From positions 59,131 through 123,130 of the forward strand of contig JAGKWR010000002.1 in the NCBI GenBank assembly GCA_021151765.1: DNA of 64,000 nt, given 5' to 3'. The DNA is from Alphaproteobacteria bacterium (lineage in GTDB: Bacteria; Pseudomonadota; Alphaproteobacteria; Rickettsiales; UBA1997). The notes below the pieces were generated by a model. The model made no database searches, had not been told where the DNA came from, and worked only from the letters and a program-made list of their open reading frames with translations. Numbering within the stretch: the first letter of the stretch is position 1; every line of letters starts with the position of its first letter. This document shows, piece after piece, positions 22,103 through 31,211 of the stretch. Position numbers and translations under genes: made by a program.

Positions 22103-23473
22103 TTAATTATCTTTTTTCGGCAAAATTTTGTTCAAGATTTTTTCGCCTTCTTCACTTTGAGCGATTCCAGATAACATTGAGGCAATATCAGTCCCACCTT
22201 TAGCAGAAAAAATATCAGTAATTTTATTAATGCCACTGCTGATATCACCACCGTTTGCGATAACTTTTAAATTAGCGCCTTTCAGTGATTCAGCTTGTTT
22301 CATGCCGATTGCTTGATCGGCCTCAATTTTACGAACAGTGAGTAAGTAATGTTGATAAGATTGATTTTGTCCAATCTCTTTCGCCAACTCAATCTGTGCA
22401 TTTACTGGAGCTAATTGCATCAATTTCTCAGCTTCTGCTTTTGCTTCACCTTCAGCTTTTATACCTTCAGCTCCAAGTTTCTGTGATTGTAGATTTCCTT
22501 CGGCATGCAAGATGTTTTGCTGTTTTACACCTTCAGCATTTATAATACTTTTTTGTTTCTCGCCGTCAGCTTTTATAATGTTGGTTTGTTTATCTTGATC
22601 TGCTTTTACTAGATTTTTATCGCGTTCGATCTCAGCTTTCTTGATCTCTTCAACTCGCACAACATTCATTTCTTTTTCTTTGGTAATACGTTGCTGTTCT
22701 TTGATTTCTTGCGCAGACATTTCAATTGCGATCCCAATTTGCTTGTCTTTCTCAGCGGTTCTTTGTCCGACTTCTTGTAATGATTGTTGTTCTTGCAAGG
22801 AAGTTTGTTTGCGGGCTTCAATCTCTGCTATTTGTGCAATTTGCATATTTTTTGCGACTTCGGTACGAGACTGCATTTCGATATGAGATTTTTTCTTCTC
22901 CATGATGTTTTTAATCACCGAACTATCTTTGTGATCTCTGATATCCATCAGCTCAATATTCTTGACTGTTGAAACCCCCCAATTTGATAATTGAGCACTG
23001 ACTTCTTTAGTAAATTCATCACCAAACTTTGAACGACCTTGCATAATTTCTTCAATTTCACTGCTAGCGAGAATTGTTCTAACCGATCCTTGAACTACAG
23101 CTTTTAATTGTTCTCTTAATTCATCAAAAGAGGCAACACGTTGAGCAGATACATCACTCGAGGTGATTCTAAAAAATGCCTTGATATCAACCACAAAAGG
23201 AAGACGTCCTTTATCGTAAGCTTCATATCCACTAAGATCTAAGTCAAAAACACTTACTGGTAAAATTGTCTTAGTCACCCCAATTACAGGAAGAGCTGAC
23301 GGCCATTCGTAATAAGTATTTCCATCAGCCATATCTTTTCCGTAAGATACTGTTTTTTTGCGTGACTGCACAATGTGCACTTCATTAGTTGGAACAACTC
23401 TGCGTAGAAAATAAGGAATTGCGCAAATAGCCAAAATTATAATCACAACTGTAATTGGTAGTAAGCTATCCAT
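22103..23473 (-). CDS. SPFH/flotillin-like protein
   Basis: 456 aa. N-terminal TM segment, a Band-7-like region, then a long coiled coil with repeated (A/I)xAEG-type heptads. Confidence 0.7.
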   Translation of the reverse strand: MDSLLPITVVIIILAICAIPYFLRRVVPTNEVHIVQSRKKTVSYGKDMADGNTYYEWPSALPVIGVTKTILPVSVFDLDLSGYEAYDKGRLPFVVDIKAFFRITSSDVSAQRVASFDELREQLKAVVQGSVRTILASSEIEEIMQGRSKFGDEFTKEVSAQLSNWGVSTVKNIELMDIRDHKDSSVIKNIMEKKKSHIEMQSRTEVAKNMQIAQIAEIEARKQTSLQEQQSLQEVGQRTAEKDKQIGIAIEMSAQEIKEQQRITKEKEMNVVRVEEIKKAEIERDKNLVKADQDKQTNIIKADGEKQKSIINAEGVKQQNILHAEGNLQSQKLGAEGIKAEGEAKAEAEKLMQLAPVNAQIELAKEIGQNQSYQHYLLTVRKIEADQAIGMKQAESLKGANLKVIANGGDISSGINKITDIFSAKGGTDIASMLSGIAQSEEGEKILNKILPKKDN

Positions 23474-23693
23474 AAATAAAACAAGTTTAATGTTGGTAAT
23501 GAGTGACGAAGCTAAGTTTTAGTCACTTATGATTTCATATTCCCTAATTTCTAATTAAAATCATGAATAATTTGTTACAAATCCAGATCAGATTAATGAA
23601 CTACTATCTATGATCTTTTTAAAATTAATGGATAGTGTTCCAAGGTAATTCCGAGAAACAGACTTTTCTAAAAACTAATAATGATAACGACAG

Positions 23694-23908
23694 CTAGTCA
23701 CCGTAATCTTTTGACCTATCAACGATATAAAATAATCGATGCTCTTTAGTAATTCTGCGCAACCAAAAGCCTGAAAGTTCAAATTTTAGCTTTTCTAGCT
23801 TCCCTGTCACTTCGAATAGATGTTTTGATATTTCGTCAAACAGCTCCACAATCCGATTAAAAAAATTTTAGACGTTTGTCCTTTTCCGTATGCTAAAGGG
23901 AAAACGCC
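23694..23908 (-). pseudogene. decayed YoeB/Txe-family toxin gene
   Basis: Hand translation gives ...AFSL*HTEKDKRLKFF(frameshift in a T-run)NRIVELFDEISKHLFEVTGKLEKLKFELSGFWLRRITKEHRLFYIVDRSKDYGD*. This aligns with E. coli YoeB ...[61 protein letters not shown].... It has an in-frame stop and a frameshift, and lacks the N terminus and the C-terminal catalytic RYHY tail. Confidence 0.6.
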
Positions 23909-23916
23909 TTACTTTT

Positions 23917-25068
23917 TTACAAATCCAAAACCGTAAAGCGATTACGCGTAAATTTTGCGTGGAGCACGCAGCTTTGATATTGTTGATTGGAAAGATGCAA
24001 AGATTTGGCCGTAAATTTAATTGCAAAATGCTTGAAAACTTTACGCAGTTTTTCTTGATCAAGGTGAATAAGGCGCAGCTCTTTTTTTAGACTTTCCCAA
24101 TTAAATTTTTGCGACACAAGTTTAAGCTTCTGCTCATATTCAGCACGACATTGCGCATTAACTTTAGCGGAAAAGAAATTACTCATTTTATCGCTTTTGA
24201 TGATTTCAATTTCTTTGCAGCTTAACAATTTTTTTTGCAACTCAGATGAAGTGAACGTAGTCACGGCAATCATTTCTCCGTGCAGTTTATTCAAAGCAAC
24301 TTTTGGATATTTCATTTCAATAGTGTGAGCAATCATATGCTCTGATTGACTCGCCGGATATGAACCATTGGCAATTGTCATTCCTTGCCCTGACAACAAC
24401 AAAATTTCGGTTAATAATTGAATAAATTTGTCGTCACGCAACGAAAATTTGTGATAATTTTTCAACAATAATTCCATCTTTGCAGACAGCATTTGGAAGG
24501 GCTGGTCGCTGAAATAAGTATTGTAAATTTTGTGCGACAAATACCAATCAAACCAACAGCTGTAAAAACACAAACTATCGCCAATTCCGGCTTTGGTAAG
24601 TCTTGTGGGCGCTGATTTTAAAATTCTGACATCGCAAAAAACCGCTTCTGGCAAAGTTGCTGGCAAAGTTTTTTTGTGACGTGAAATAGTAATCGAAGCG
24701 TTGCGCGACAAATATCCGTTCATCGACAAAGCTGAAGCGATAATCGCGTAAGGAATATTGCGCTGCGCTGAAGTATATTTGCACAAATCGTTAATTGTGC
24801 CGCTACCCAAAGCGATGATCAAATCAACATCGTGCAAATTTTTGGCGATTTTTTGCAGGTTTTTTTCATCCGGATGCGGATTTTTCAAAATCAAAGTTCG
24901 ATAATTTTGCGGCAAAAAATCTTGCGCGAAAAAGCGTGAACAATTCTTCCAAATCTTTTCATCCGTGACAAAAAGCACTTTTTTACGAATTTTCCCCTGA
25001 ATTTTACTCGCCAAAAAATTTGCGAAATCTTGAGTGAAATTATCTGAAATTCTTACTCGATCGTGCAT
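23917..25068 (-). CDS. iron-containing alcohol dehydrogenase family protein (sn-glycerol-1-phosphate dehydrogenase / AraM-like)
   Basis: 383 aa. IIALGSGTINDLCKY, ASALSMNGY, KAGIGDSL, SEHMIAHT and a C-terminal RNRFTVLDL fit the Fe-ADH_2/AraM-EgsA pattern recalled from memory. Confidence 0.55.
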   Translation of the reverse strand: MHDRVRISDNFTQDFANFLASKIQGKIRKKVLFVTDEKIWKNCSRFFAQDFLPQNYRTLILKNPHPDEKNLQKIAKNLHDVDLIIALGSGTINDLCKYTSAQRNIPYAIIASALSMNGYLSRNASITISRHKKTLPATLPEAVFCDVRILKSAPTRLTKAGIGDSLCFYSCWFDWYLSHKIYNTYFSDQPFQMLSAKMELLLKNYHKFSLRDDKFIQLLTEILLLSGQGMTIANGSYPASQSEHMIAHTIEMKYPKVALNKLHGEMIAVTTFTSSELQKKLLSCKEIEIIKSDKMSNFFSAKVNAQCRAEYEQKLKLVSQKFNWESLKKELRLIHLDQEKLRKVFKHFAIKFTAKSLHLSNQQYQSCVLHAKFTRNRFTVLDL

Positions 25069-25158
25069 GAAAATGAAAAAACTTGTTAGATAAAATTGCC
25101 TTTATATTTTGCGCGCTCTCTTTACAAAGCCCTCGCTTTCAAATCAAACTTAATTACA

Positions 25159-25524
25159 ATGGAAAATCTACAACTATTCCTGCTTATTTTGCAGGTTATC
25201 ATCGCTGTTGCCATGATTGTTTTGGTTCTAATTCAAAAATCTGACGGAGATTCTTTAAGCGGAATTGGCGGCGGTTCTGGTGGTTTAAACTCAGTTATGT
25301 CAAGCAAAGCTTCTGCAAATATTTTAACCAAAATCACTATGGTTTTGATTGGATTATTTATGTTGAATTGCTTGGTTTTGGCTTCAATTTCCAACGCTAA
25401 AAAGAAGGAAATCCAACAACAGCTTGAAAAAACTATTCAAGAGCAAGAACAAAATGCTACACCTGAAGCCTCACCTTCACAAGTTCCAGCTCAAAAAACT
25501 CCTTCTGCTCCAAAGGTTAATTAA
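25159..25524 (+). CDS. secG: preprotein translocase subunit SecG
   Basis: MENLQLFLLILQVIIAVAMIVLVLIQKSDGDSLSGIGGGSG. The track ORF begins at an upstream TTG (25096); Met22 at 25159 gives the canonical SecG N terminus. Confidence 0.85.
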   Translation: MENLQLFLLILQVIIAVAMIVLVLIQKSDGDSLSGIGGGSGGLNSVMSSKASANILTKITMVLIGLFMLNCLVLASISNAKKKEIQQQLEKTIQEQEQNATPEASPSQVPAQKTPSAPKVN

Positions 25525-25542
25525 TCCTAATTTTAAATTATA

Positions 25543-26643
25543 ATGAAAGTTACAGCCCTAAACCAAACTCATCGCGATCAAGGCGCAAAAATGGTTGAGT
25601 TCGCTGGCTACGATATGCCAGTTCAATATGCAGATGGTATGTTGAAAGAACATGAATGGACTCGCTCTGGCAATGTCGGCATTTTCGACGTTTCACACAT
25701 GGGTCAATTCTTCATCGAAGGTGCTGAAGTTGTGAAATTTTTGTCACACATCACGCCAACTGATTTTTCTTTGAGCACTCCAAATTTGGCGAAATACACT
25801 GTTTTGACCAACCCAGAAGGCGGCATTATTGATGATTTGATCATCACTAAATTAACCGACACTAAATTCTTCATCGTGTTGAACGCCGGCTGCAAAGAAA
25901 AAGATTCAGCTTGGATTAGAAAAAATCTTCCAGCCGACATCACTTTCACTGAACTTTCTGATCGTTCATTGATCGCAGTTCAAGGCGGAAAAGCAGAAGA
26001 AATTTTGAACAAATTTTTAGCTGCCGGAAACTTGGCTGAATTGCCTTACATGAATATTGGTTTCTTCAAATTGAAATCTGGCGAAGAAGTTTTCATCAGC
26101 CGCACCGGCTACACTGGTGAAGATGGTTTTGAAGTTTCAATTCCAAATTCAGCTGCGGCGAAATTCTGGCTTGATCTTTCTGCATTGTCAGAAGTGAAAC
26201 CAATCGGTCTTGGCGCTCGTGATTCACTTCGTTTAGAAATGGGTTATCCGCTTTACGGACATGATTTGGACGACACAACTTCACCAATCGAAGCCGCATT
26301 GGGTTGGGTTGTTAGCAAAACTAATACAACTTTCATCGGCGCTGATCGCGTTTTGAAAGAAAAAGCTGAAGGTGTTAAACGCAAAAGAATCGGTGTAAAA
26401 TTGCTTGATCGCGGTATTGCTCGCGAAGGCACTGAAATCAGAAAAGACGGCGTTAAAATCGGCTTTTTATCAAGCGGTGGTTTTTCACCAAATTTAAAAG
26501 TTTCAATTGGTCAAGGTTACTTCGACACTTCTTTAGCGAAAGTTGGAGATGCGGTAGTTGCAGTAGTTAGAGATCGTGAAATTCCAGCGGTTCTAACTTC
26601 GCCAGTTTTTGTCGAAGCCAAAACCAAATCAGTTAAGAAATAA
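25543..26643 (+). CDS. gcvT: glycine cleavage system aminomethyltransferase T
   Basis: 366 aa. FAGYDMPVQY, IFDVSHMG, RTGYTGEDGFE and ARDSLRLE. Confidence 0.95.
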   Translation: MKVTALNQTHRDQGAKMVEFAGYDMPVQYADGMLKEHEWTRSGNVGIFDVSHMGQFFIEGAEVVKFLSHITPTDFSLSTPNLAKYTVLTNPEGGIIDDLIITKLTDTKFFIVLNAGCKEKDSAWIRKNLPADITFTELSDRSLIAVQGGKAEEILNKFLAAGNLAELPYMNIGFFKLKSGEEVFISRTGYTGEDGFEVSIPNSAAAKFWLDLSALSEVKPIGLGARDSLRLEMGYPLYGHDLDDTTSPIEAALGWVVSKTNTTFIGADRVLKEKAEGVKRKRIGVKLLDRGIAREGTEIRKDGVKIGFLSSGGFSPNLKVSIGQGYFDTSLAKVGDAVVAVVRDREIPAVLTSPVFVEAKTKSVKK

Positions 26644-26670
26644 TTAATAACATTAAAATAAGGTAAAATT

Positions 26671-27036
26671 ATGAAATTTACTAAAGACCACGAATGGATC
26701 AAAGTTGAAGGCGATGTTGCTACAATCGGTATCACCGAATATGCAGCTGAAGCTTTGGGCGAATTAGTTTACGTTGAATTGCCAAAAGTTGGCAACACTT
26801 ACAAAGTTCACGATGCTTTCGCGGTTGTTGAATCTTCAAAATCTGCAAGTGACGTTTACATTCCAGTTGCTGGCGAAGTTGTTTCGGTTAACGAAGCTTT
26901 GTCTTCTCAACCAGAATTAGTTAACAACTCTTCTTACGAGAATGGTTGGATTGCTAAAGTTAAAATGAGCAACGCTGCTGATTTAGCTGATGCAATGGAT
27001 GAAGCTGCTTACAAAGAATTTTTGAAAAACCAATAA
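26671..27036 (+). CDS. gcvH: glycine cleavage system protein H
   Basis: 121 aa. FTKDHEWI and the lipoyl-lysine motif VESSKSASDVY. Confidence 0.95.
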   Translation: MKFTKDHEWIKVEGDVATIGITEYAAEALGELVYVELPKVGNTYKVHDAFAVVESSKSASDVYIPVAGEVVSVNEALSSQPELVNNSSYENGWIAKVKMSNAADLADAMDEAAYKEFLKNQ

Positions 27037-27052
27037 TTCAAGATTCATCATT

Positions 27053-27096
27053 ACAAAAAAAACCGGATTGGGTTTCGAACTCAATCCGGTTTTTTA
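27053..27096. terminator. bidirectional rho-independent terminator
   Basis: AAAAAAAACCGGATTG...CAATCCGGTTTTTT lies between convergent gcvH and pth. Confidence 0.8.
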
Positions 27097-27106
27097 TTGG
27101 ACGATT

Positions 27107-27676
27107 TTATAGATGAAATTTATTCATAAAACTTTCCACCTTCCCTTCTATCATCTCTTCAATCAAATCAGAAATTTTTAAGTTGGTTTTTTCAACCGTC
27201 TTCATTTCTTCCACGCTAAATCTTCCCAGCACATAATCAGCAGTTTCATATTCTTGATTTTGTGGACGACCAATTCCTAAACGTAAACGCCAATAATCTT
27301 TACCACAACATTCGTCAATTGAACGCAAGCCGTTGTGTCCAGCGTGTCCACCACCGATTTTAACTTTGACTTTCCCTAAAGGCAGATCGAGATCATCGTG
27401 AAAAACGATCACATTTTTCAAATCGATTTTGTAAAAATTAATCGCTTCTATCACCGCAGTTCCAGAACGATTCATGTAGGTTTGCGGCTTAATCGCTAAA
27501 ACTTTTTGATTAGCAATTGTTCCGCTAAAAACTTCGCTTTTAAACTTTTTGGATTGCGCCGTAAAACCATAATCATCAACGATTTTGTCGAGCAACAAGA
27601 AGCCAAAATTATGGCGCGTTAATTCATATTCAGAGCCAATATTTCCAAGCCCGACCAACAAGAACATAGATTGCAA
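27107..27676 (-). CDS. pth: peptidyl-tRNA hydrolase
   Basis: 189 aa. LVGLGNIGSEYELTRHNFGF and GGHAGHNGLRSI. Confidence 0.95.
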   Translation of the reverse strand: MQSMFLLVGLGNIGSEYELTRHNFGFLLLDKIVDDYGFTAQSKKFKSEVFSGTIANQKVLAIKPQTYMNRSGTAVIEAINFYKIDLKNVIVFHDDLDLPLGKVKVKIGGGHAGHNGLRSIDECCGKDYWRLRLGIGRPQNQEYETADYVLGRFSVEEMKTVEKTNLKISDLIEEMIEGKVESFMNKFHL

Positions 27677-27739
27677 AAATTATTGAAAGAAATTTAACTG
27701 AAGTAATAAGAAAAACTTACGATCAAACTGTTTAATTAA

Positions 27740-28870
27740 ATGCCAAAAAAATCATTATATTTTCTCACATTAGTTTTTTGCGCTTTAATTTCTTGCTCAA
27801 AAAAGAAGGAAAATATTCCGCCGAAATACATACTTTCAAGCAATCCCAACGTGCAGAAACTTGAACTTGAAGATCATAAATTTTGCGTCTCGCTTGATTT
27901 GAACTCTGGCTCAACCAACAAAAATTTCAGCAATGATCTTTACTGGCATTGCCGTCTTTCCATGGCTAAATATAAACTCAACAGCCAAGTAAATTCGAAT
28001 AAATCGATCCTCTACAATACCGAAATTACTAATCTTATCACTAAAATTAGCCAAAACTTGTCTGATGCACGTGAATCTGTTTTTGTCAAAGAAAACAAAA
28101 AAATTGATTCCCGAGATCATCAAAAATGCGTAGAAATGGGCTATAGTTTTAACATGGATGATCGCATCAAAACTGATCAATATTTATTGTGTCGCAAAAG
28201 ATTGATTGATGACGCACAGCTTGATCCTGCTTACGGAATTGACGAATATTTAAAATATCCTAATCGCTCTTACAATTTAAGTTTCGTGCTCGACACACGC
28301 TTAGATATTGAAAATCAGAAATATGCCGAAGCACAAAAAAATTATCCTTATTGCGTAAAATATTTTCGTGATGACGTTCTTTTCAAAGAGTGTAAAACTG
28401 CACAAGACAATTCAAAACAATGCCTGAACGAAGTTGACGCTAAAAAATTTAAAAAAGAATCTGAACAAAAAACTCTTTGTCAAAAAGCTGCTTACGTAAG
28501 ATTTCCTGACTATTATTTAAAAGATGTTGATCAGCGTCGTAAAGATATCGAACGTGCCAAAGTTAATGCAGATTTATACAACAACAACAGCTTCAGCGCT
28601 CTTGGATTAATGCAAGGCGACATCGAGCTTTTCGAACCAGATAAAGTTTTTGAAGCGCAACTTGATGCTGCAGAAAAACAAAAAGCTTTAGAGAAAAATA
28701 TTAACTCAAAACGTGGTCTTTACAGCCGTGCGGAGCTCACTAAATTGCGTCAGAAATATATCATCGCTTGTCAGCAAAATACCGAAAGCGCTATTACCGC
28801 TTACGTTGAAAATTTGAAAAAAGATTGCGCTGATATTGCAAACTACAAAGTTAAGGACGAACTTTACTAG
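27740..28870 (+). CDS. hypothetical lipoprotein
   Basis: 376 aa. Lipobox CALISC. Regularly spaced cysteines. No family recognised. Confidence 0.5.
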   Translation: MPKKSLYFLTLVFCALISCSKKKENIPPKYILSSNPNVQKLELEDHKFCVSLDLNSGSTNKNFSNDLYWHCRLSMAKYKLNSQVNSNKSILYNTEITNLITKISQNLSDARESVFVKENKKIDSRDHQKCVEMGYSFNMDDRIKTDQYLLCRKRLIDDAQLDPAYGIDEYLKYPNRSYNLSFVLDTRLDIENQKYAEAQKNYPYCVKYFRDDVLFKECKTAQDNSKQCLNEVDAKKFKKESEQKTLCQKAAYVRFPDYYLKDVDQRRKDIERAKVNADLYNNNSFSALGLMQGDIELFEPDKVFEAQLDAAEKQKALEKNINSKRGLYSRAELTKLRQKYIIACQQNTESAITAYVENLKKDCADIANYKVKDELY

Positions 28871-28907
28871 TAACCAAACTAGTTCAACACCAATTCTCCT
28901 TTTAGAT

Positions 28908-31211
28908 TTATTTTAACAAATCTTCGACCACTGCCAATATTTTGGACTTATCATAAATCTTATCCAAATAATGGCTGGCACCAGCTTCAAGAGACTTATT
29001 TTTGGTATCCTCATCGTTATTGCTGCTGATCACTATGATAGGAATATTAAAGTTTCTAAACTTTTTAAACTGACTTCCTTCTCTAATCATTTTAGTCATA
29101 GTAATGCCATCTATGATTGGCATTTTTACATCGGTAAAGATCAAATCAAAATCCTTGTTATCCATTAATTCCAAAGCTTCTTGGCCATTTTCTACGCTGA
29201 AAATTTTGTAGCCGGCATTACGTAAAATACGATCTAAAACTACTCTATTTATTAGTTCATCATCACAAATCATAATAATCCCTTTATTGACTCTCTCATC
29301 TTTAGAAACTTGTGAATCTTGGCTACTCTGATTTGAATTATCTTTTACCTGATTCAGATCTAAATCAAACCACAGCTTAACTTTTGTGCCTTCAAATTTT
29401 TTTGATTCTATCTCAATTTTCGCTCCAATCGAATGCACCAAGCTTTTAACAATTGGCAGACCAAAACCATGAGAATCAACAACTTTAGCCAATCCAGTTT
29501 TATCAATTTTCGCTCCCTCACCGTCCAAAGCCATCTTGATTTGATTTTGAGTCATACCAATTCCATTATCTATCACCTCAACTTTAATCTTATGTTCCGC
29601 AAGCACGTGGCTTAACAACACTTTTACTTCAGTATTTTCGTTACTGTATTTGATGGCATTAGTGATAATGTTATCAAAGATACGTCTTACTACAATTTGA
29701 TCTGAGCTGATTAAAGGAATTTCATTTTCAAGAATTAAAGAAATTTTAACTGAATGCTTTGCTGCAAAGTTTTGATTGATAAAGATCAGCTCTTTTAAAA
29801 CCTCTTTAATACTAAACTCTTCAATCAAGTTTGTTTTTTTCAGATCAATCTTTGGTAAATTAATAGAAAGTAGCTCTTGAGCCATTCTAAGAATGCCGTC
29901 AGATTGTTTAAAAATCATATGAGAATATTTGGAAATCTGCGCTAAATCTTTTTCTTCATTAATCAAATTTGCCAATCCACAAATTCCAGCAGCATAGTTT
30001 CGTAGATCGTGATTAATTGATTTTGTAACTTGCTGCAGATCTTTATTAACTTTACTTAATTGATTCTTTAGCAGTTCTTCTTTTTTGACAAACTTCTTAA
30101 TCGACAAGATTGCTTTGGCTAATTGATTCATCTCAATGCTACTATATTCAGCAATCTCCACTTCATAATTTCCGTCAGCAATACTTTTTGCAGCTTTTGC
30201 AATCACAATAATTGGCTTAACTAAGCTGCTGTACAGCAAAAAGAACAACAGCAAAACTAAAACAACCAAAGAGCAAAAAATAATAATATCATTGAAAACC
30301 ACTTTATCTATTTCTGCCCTTTCCAACTTTTGGTTATAAATGGTGAAGATTATGTAAGGGTAATCCTTCATTTTATTATAGTAGATTGAGCCAAAACCTT
30401 CATCGCTAAAAACACTTACATCATCGATAAAACCTTTTTCTTTACTGGCGATTTCTAACTTTTTGCTATCCAAATATTTTAGAATTTCTGCATGGTTAGT
30501 TTTAGGAGAAGCGGCAATAAAAGAGCCATCTTTGTGCGTTAAGATAAAACTAACGCCATTAATATTTATAACCTCATTAAACTTTCTCTCTAAACTGCTA
30601 ATAACAAAACTTGTAATTACCGATCCCAAATATTTTCCACTTTTATCTACAACACCATAACCAGCGGGAATTGCGTATTTATAGCTATAAATTCCATAAA
30701 CTGGTTTTCCCAACTGTATCTTAAGAGGATTAGAAACTGTTAGAGGTATGTAATCGCGATCTAACAAATATAACTGCTTATCTAAATGTAATCCTTTGTT
30801 GCTCGAAACAATAAAACGAAACTTATCATTAGCCCAAGCAAAAGTACTGAATTGCATTATTCGATTATCAGGAATTCTATAACTGACCAACAATCTTTTT
30901 ATAAATTCATAATCATTCCACTTCTTGTTATCGACAATTTGTCTGGCGATAAAGTTCATGGAATGCTCGGTATACTCAATTGCATCGATGAATGTATTTT
31001 CAATTCTTCCTGACTGATTTTCTAAATTCTGATATATAGTACTTTTGATGTTGTAGTAATATTTGGCAAACAGACCAAAATAAATTACAGAACTGAGAAT
31101 AACAAAAAATGTGATGTAGATGACAAACTTTCTAGAAATTGAAAAAGGTCTTTTGAGAAATTTTAATAACCTTCTGATTTTCATAGAATCATCTCGAATT
31201 ACTAACATCAT
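28908..31211 (-). CDS. hybrid sensor histidine kinase with C-terminal receiver domain
   Basis: 767 aa. Two TM segments bracket a periplasmic region of about 270 aa. HAMP-like linker, H-box SINHDLRNYAAGI, N/G boxes ITNAIKYS, DNGIGM and GFGLPIV, receiver IMICDDE...DLIFTDVKMPIIDG. The start may be Met10 (31184). Confidence 0.85.
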   Translation of the reverse strand: MMLVIRDDSMKIRRLLKFLKRPFSISRKFVIYITFFVILSSVIYFGLFAKYYYNIKSTIYQNLENQSGRIENTFIDAIEYTEHSMNFIARQIVDNKKWNDYEFIKRLLVSYRIPDNRIMQFSTFAWANDKFRFIVSSNKGLHLDKQLYLLDRDYIPLTVSNPLKIQLGKPVYGIYSYKYAIPAGYGVVDKSGKYLGSVITSFVISSLERKFNEVININGVSFILTHKDGSFIAASPKTNHAEILKYLDSKKLEIASKEKGFIDDVSVFSDEGFGSIYYNKMKDYPYIIFTIYNQKLERAEIDKVVFNDIIIFCSLVVLVLLLFFLLYSSLVKPIIVIAKAAKSIADGNYEVEIAEYSSIEMNQLAKAILSIKKFVKKEELLKNQLSKVNKDLQQVTKSINHDLRNYAAGICGLANLINEEKDLAQISKYSHMIFKQSDGILRMAQELLSINLPKIDLKKTNLIEEFSIKEVLKELIFINQNFAAKHSVKISLILENEIPLISSDQIVVRRIFDNIITNAIKYSNENTEVKVLLSHVLAEHKIKVEVIDNGIGMTQNQIKMALDGEGAKIDKTGLAKVVDSHGFGLPIVKSLVHSIGAKIEIESKKFEGTKVKLWFDLDLNQVKDNSNQSSQDSQVSKDERVNKGIIMICDDELINRVVLDRILRNAGYKIFSVENGQEALELMDNKDFDLIFTDVKMPIIDGITMTKMIREGSQFKKFRNFNIPIIVISSNNDEDTKNKSLEAGASHYLDKIYDKSKILAVVEDLLK

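Noticed and set aside
25525-25542. Glycine riboswitch upstream of gcvT
   Set aside because: Only 18 nt separate secG and gcvT, which is too short for any riboswitch.
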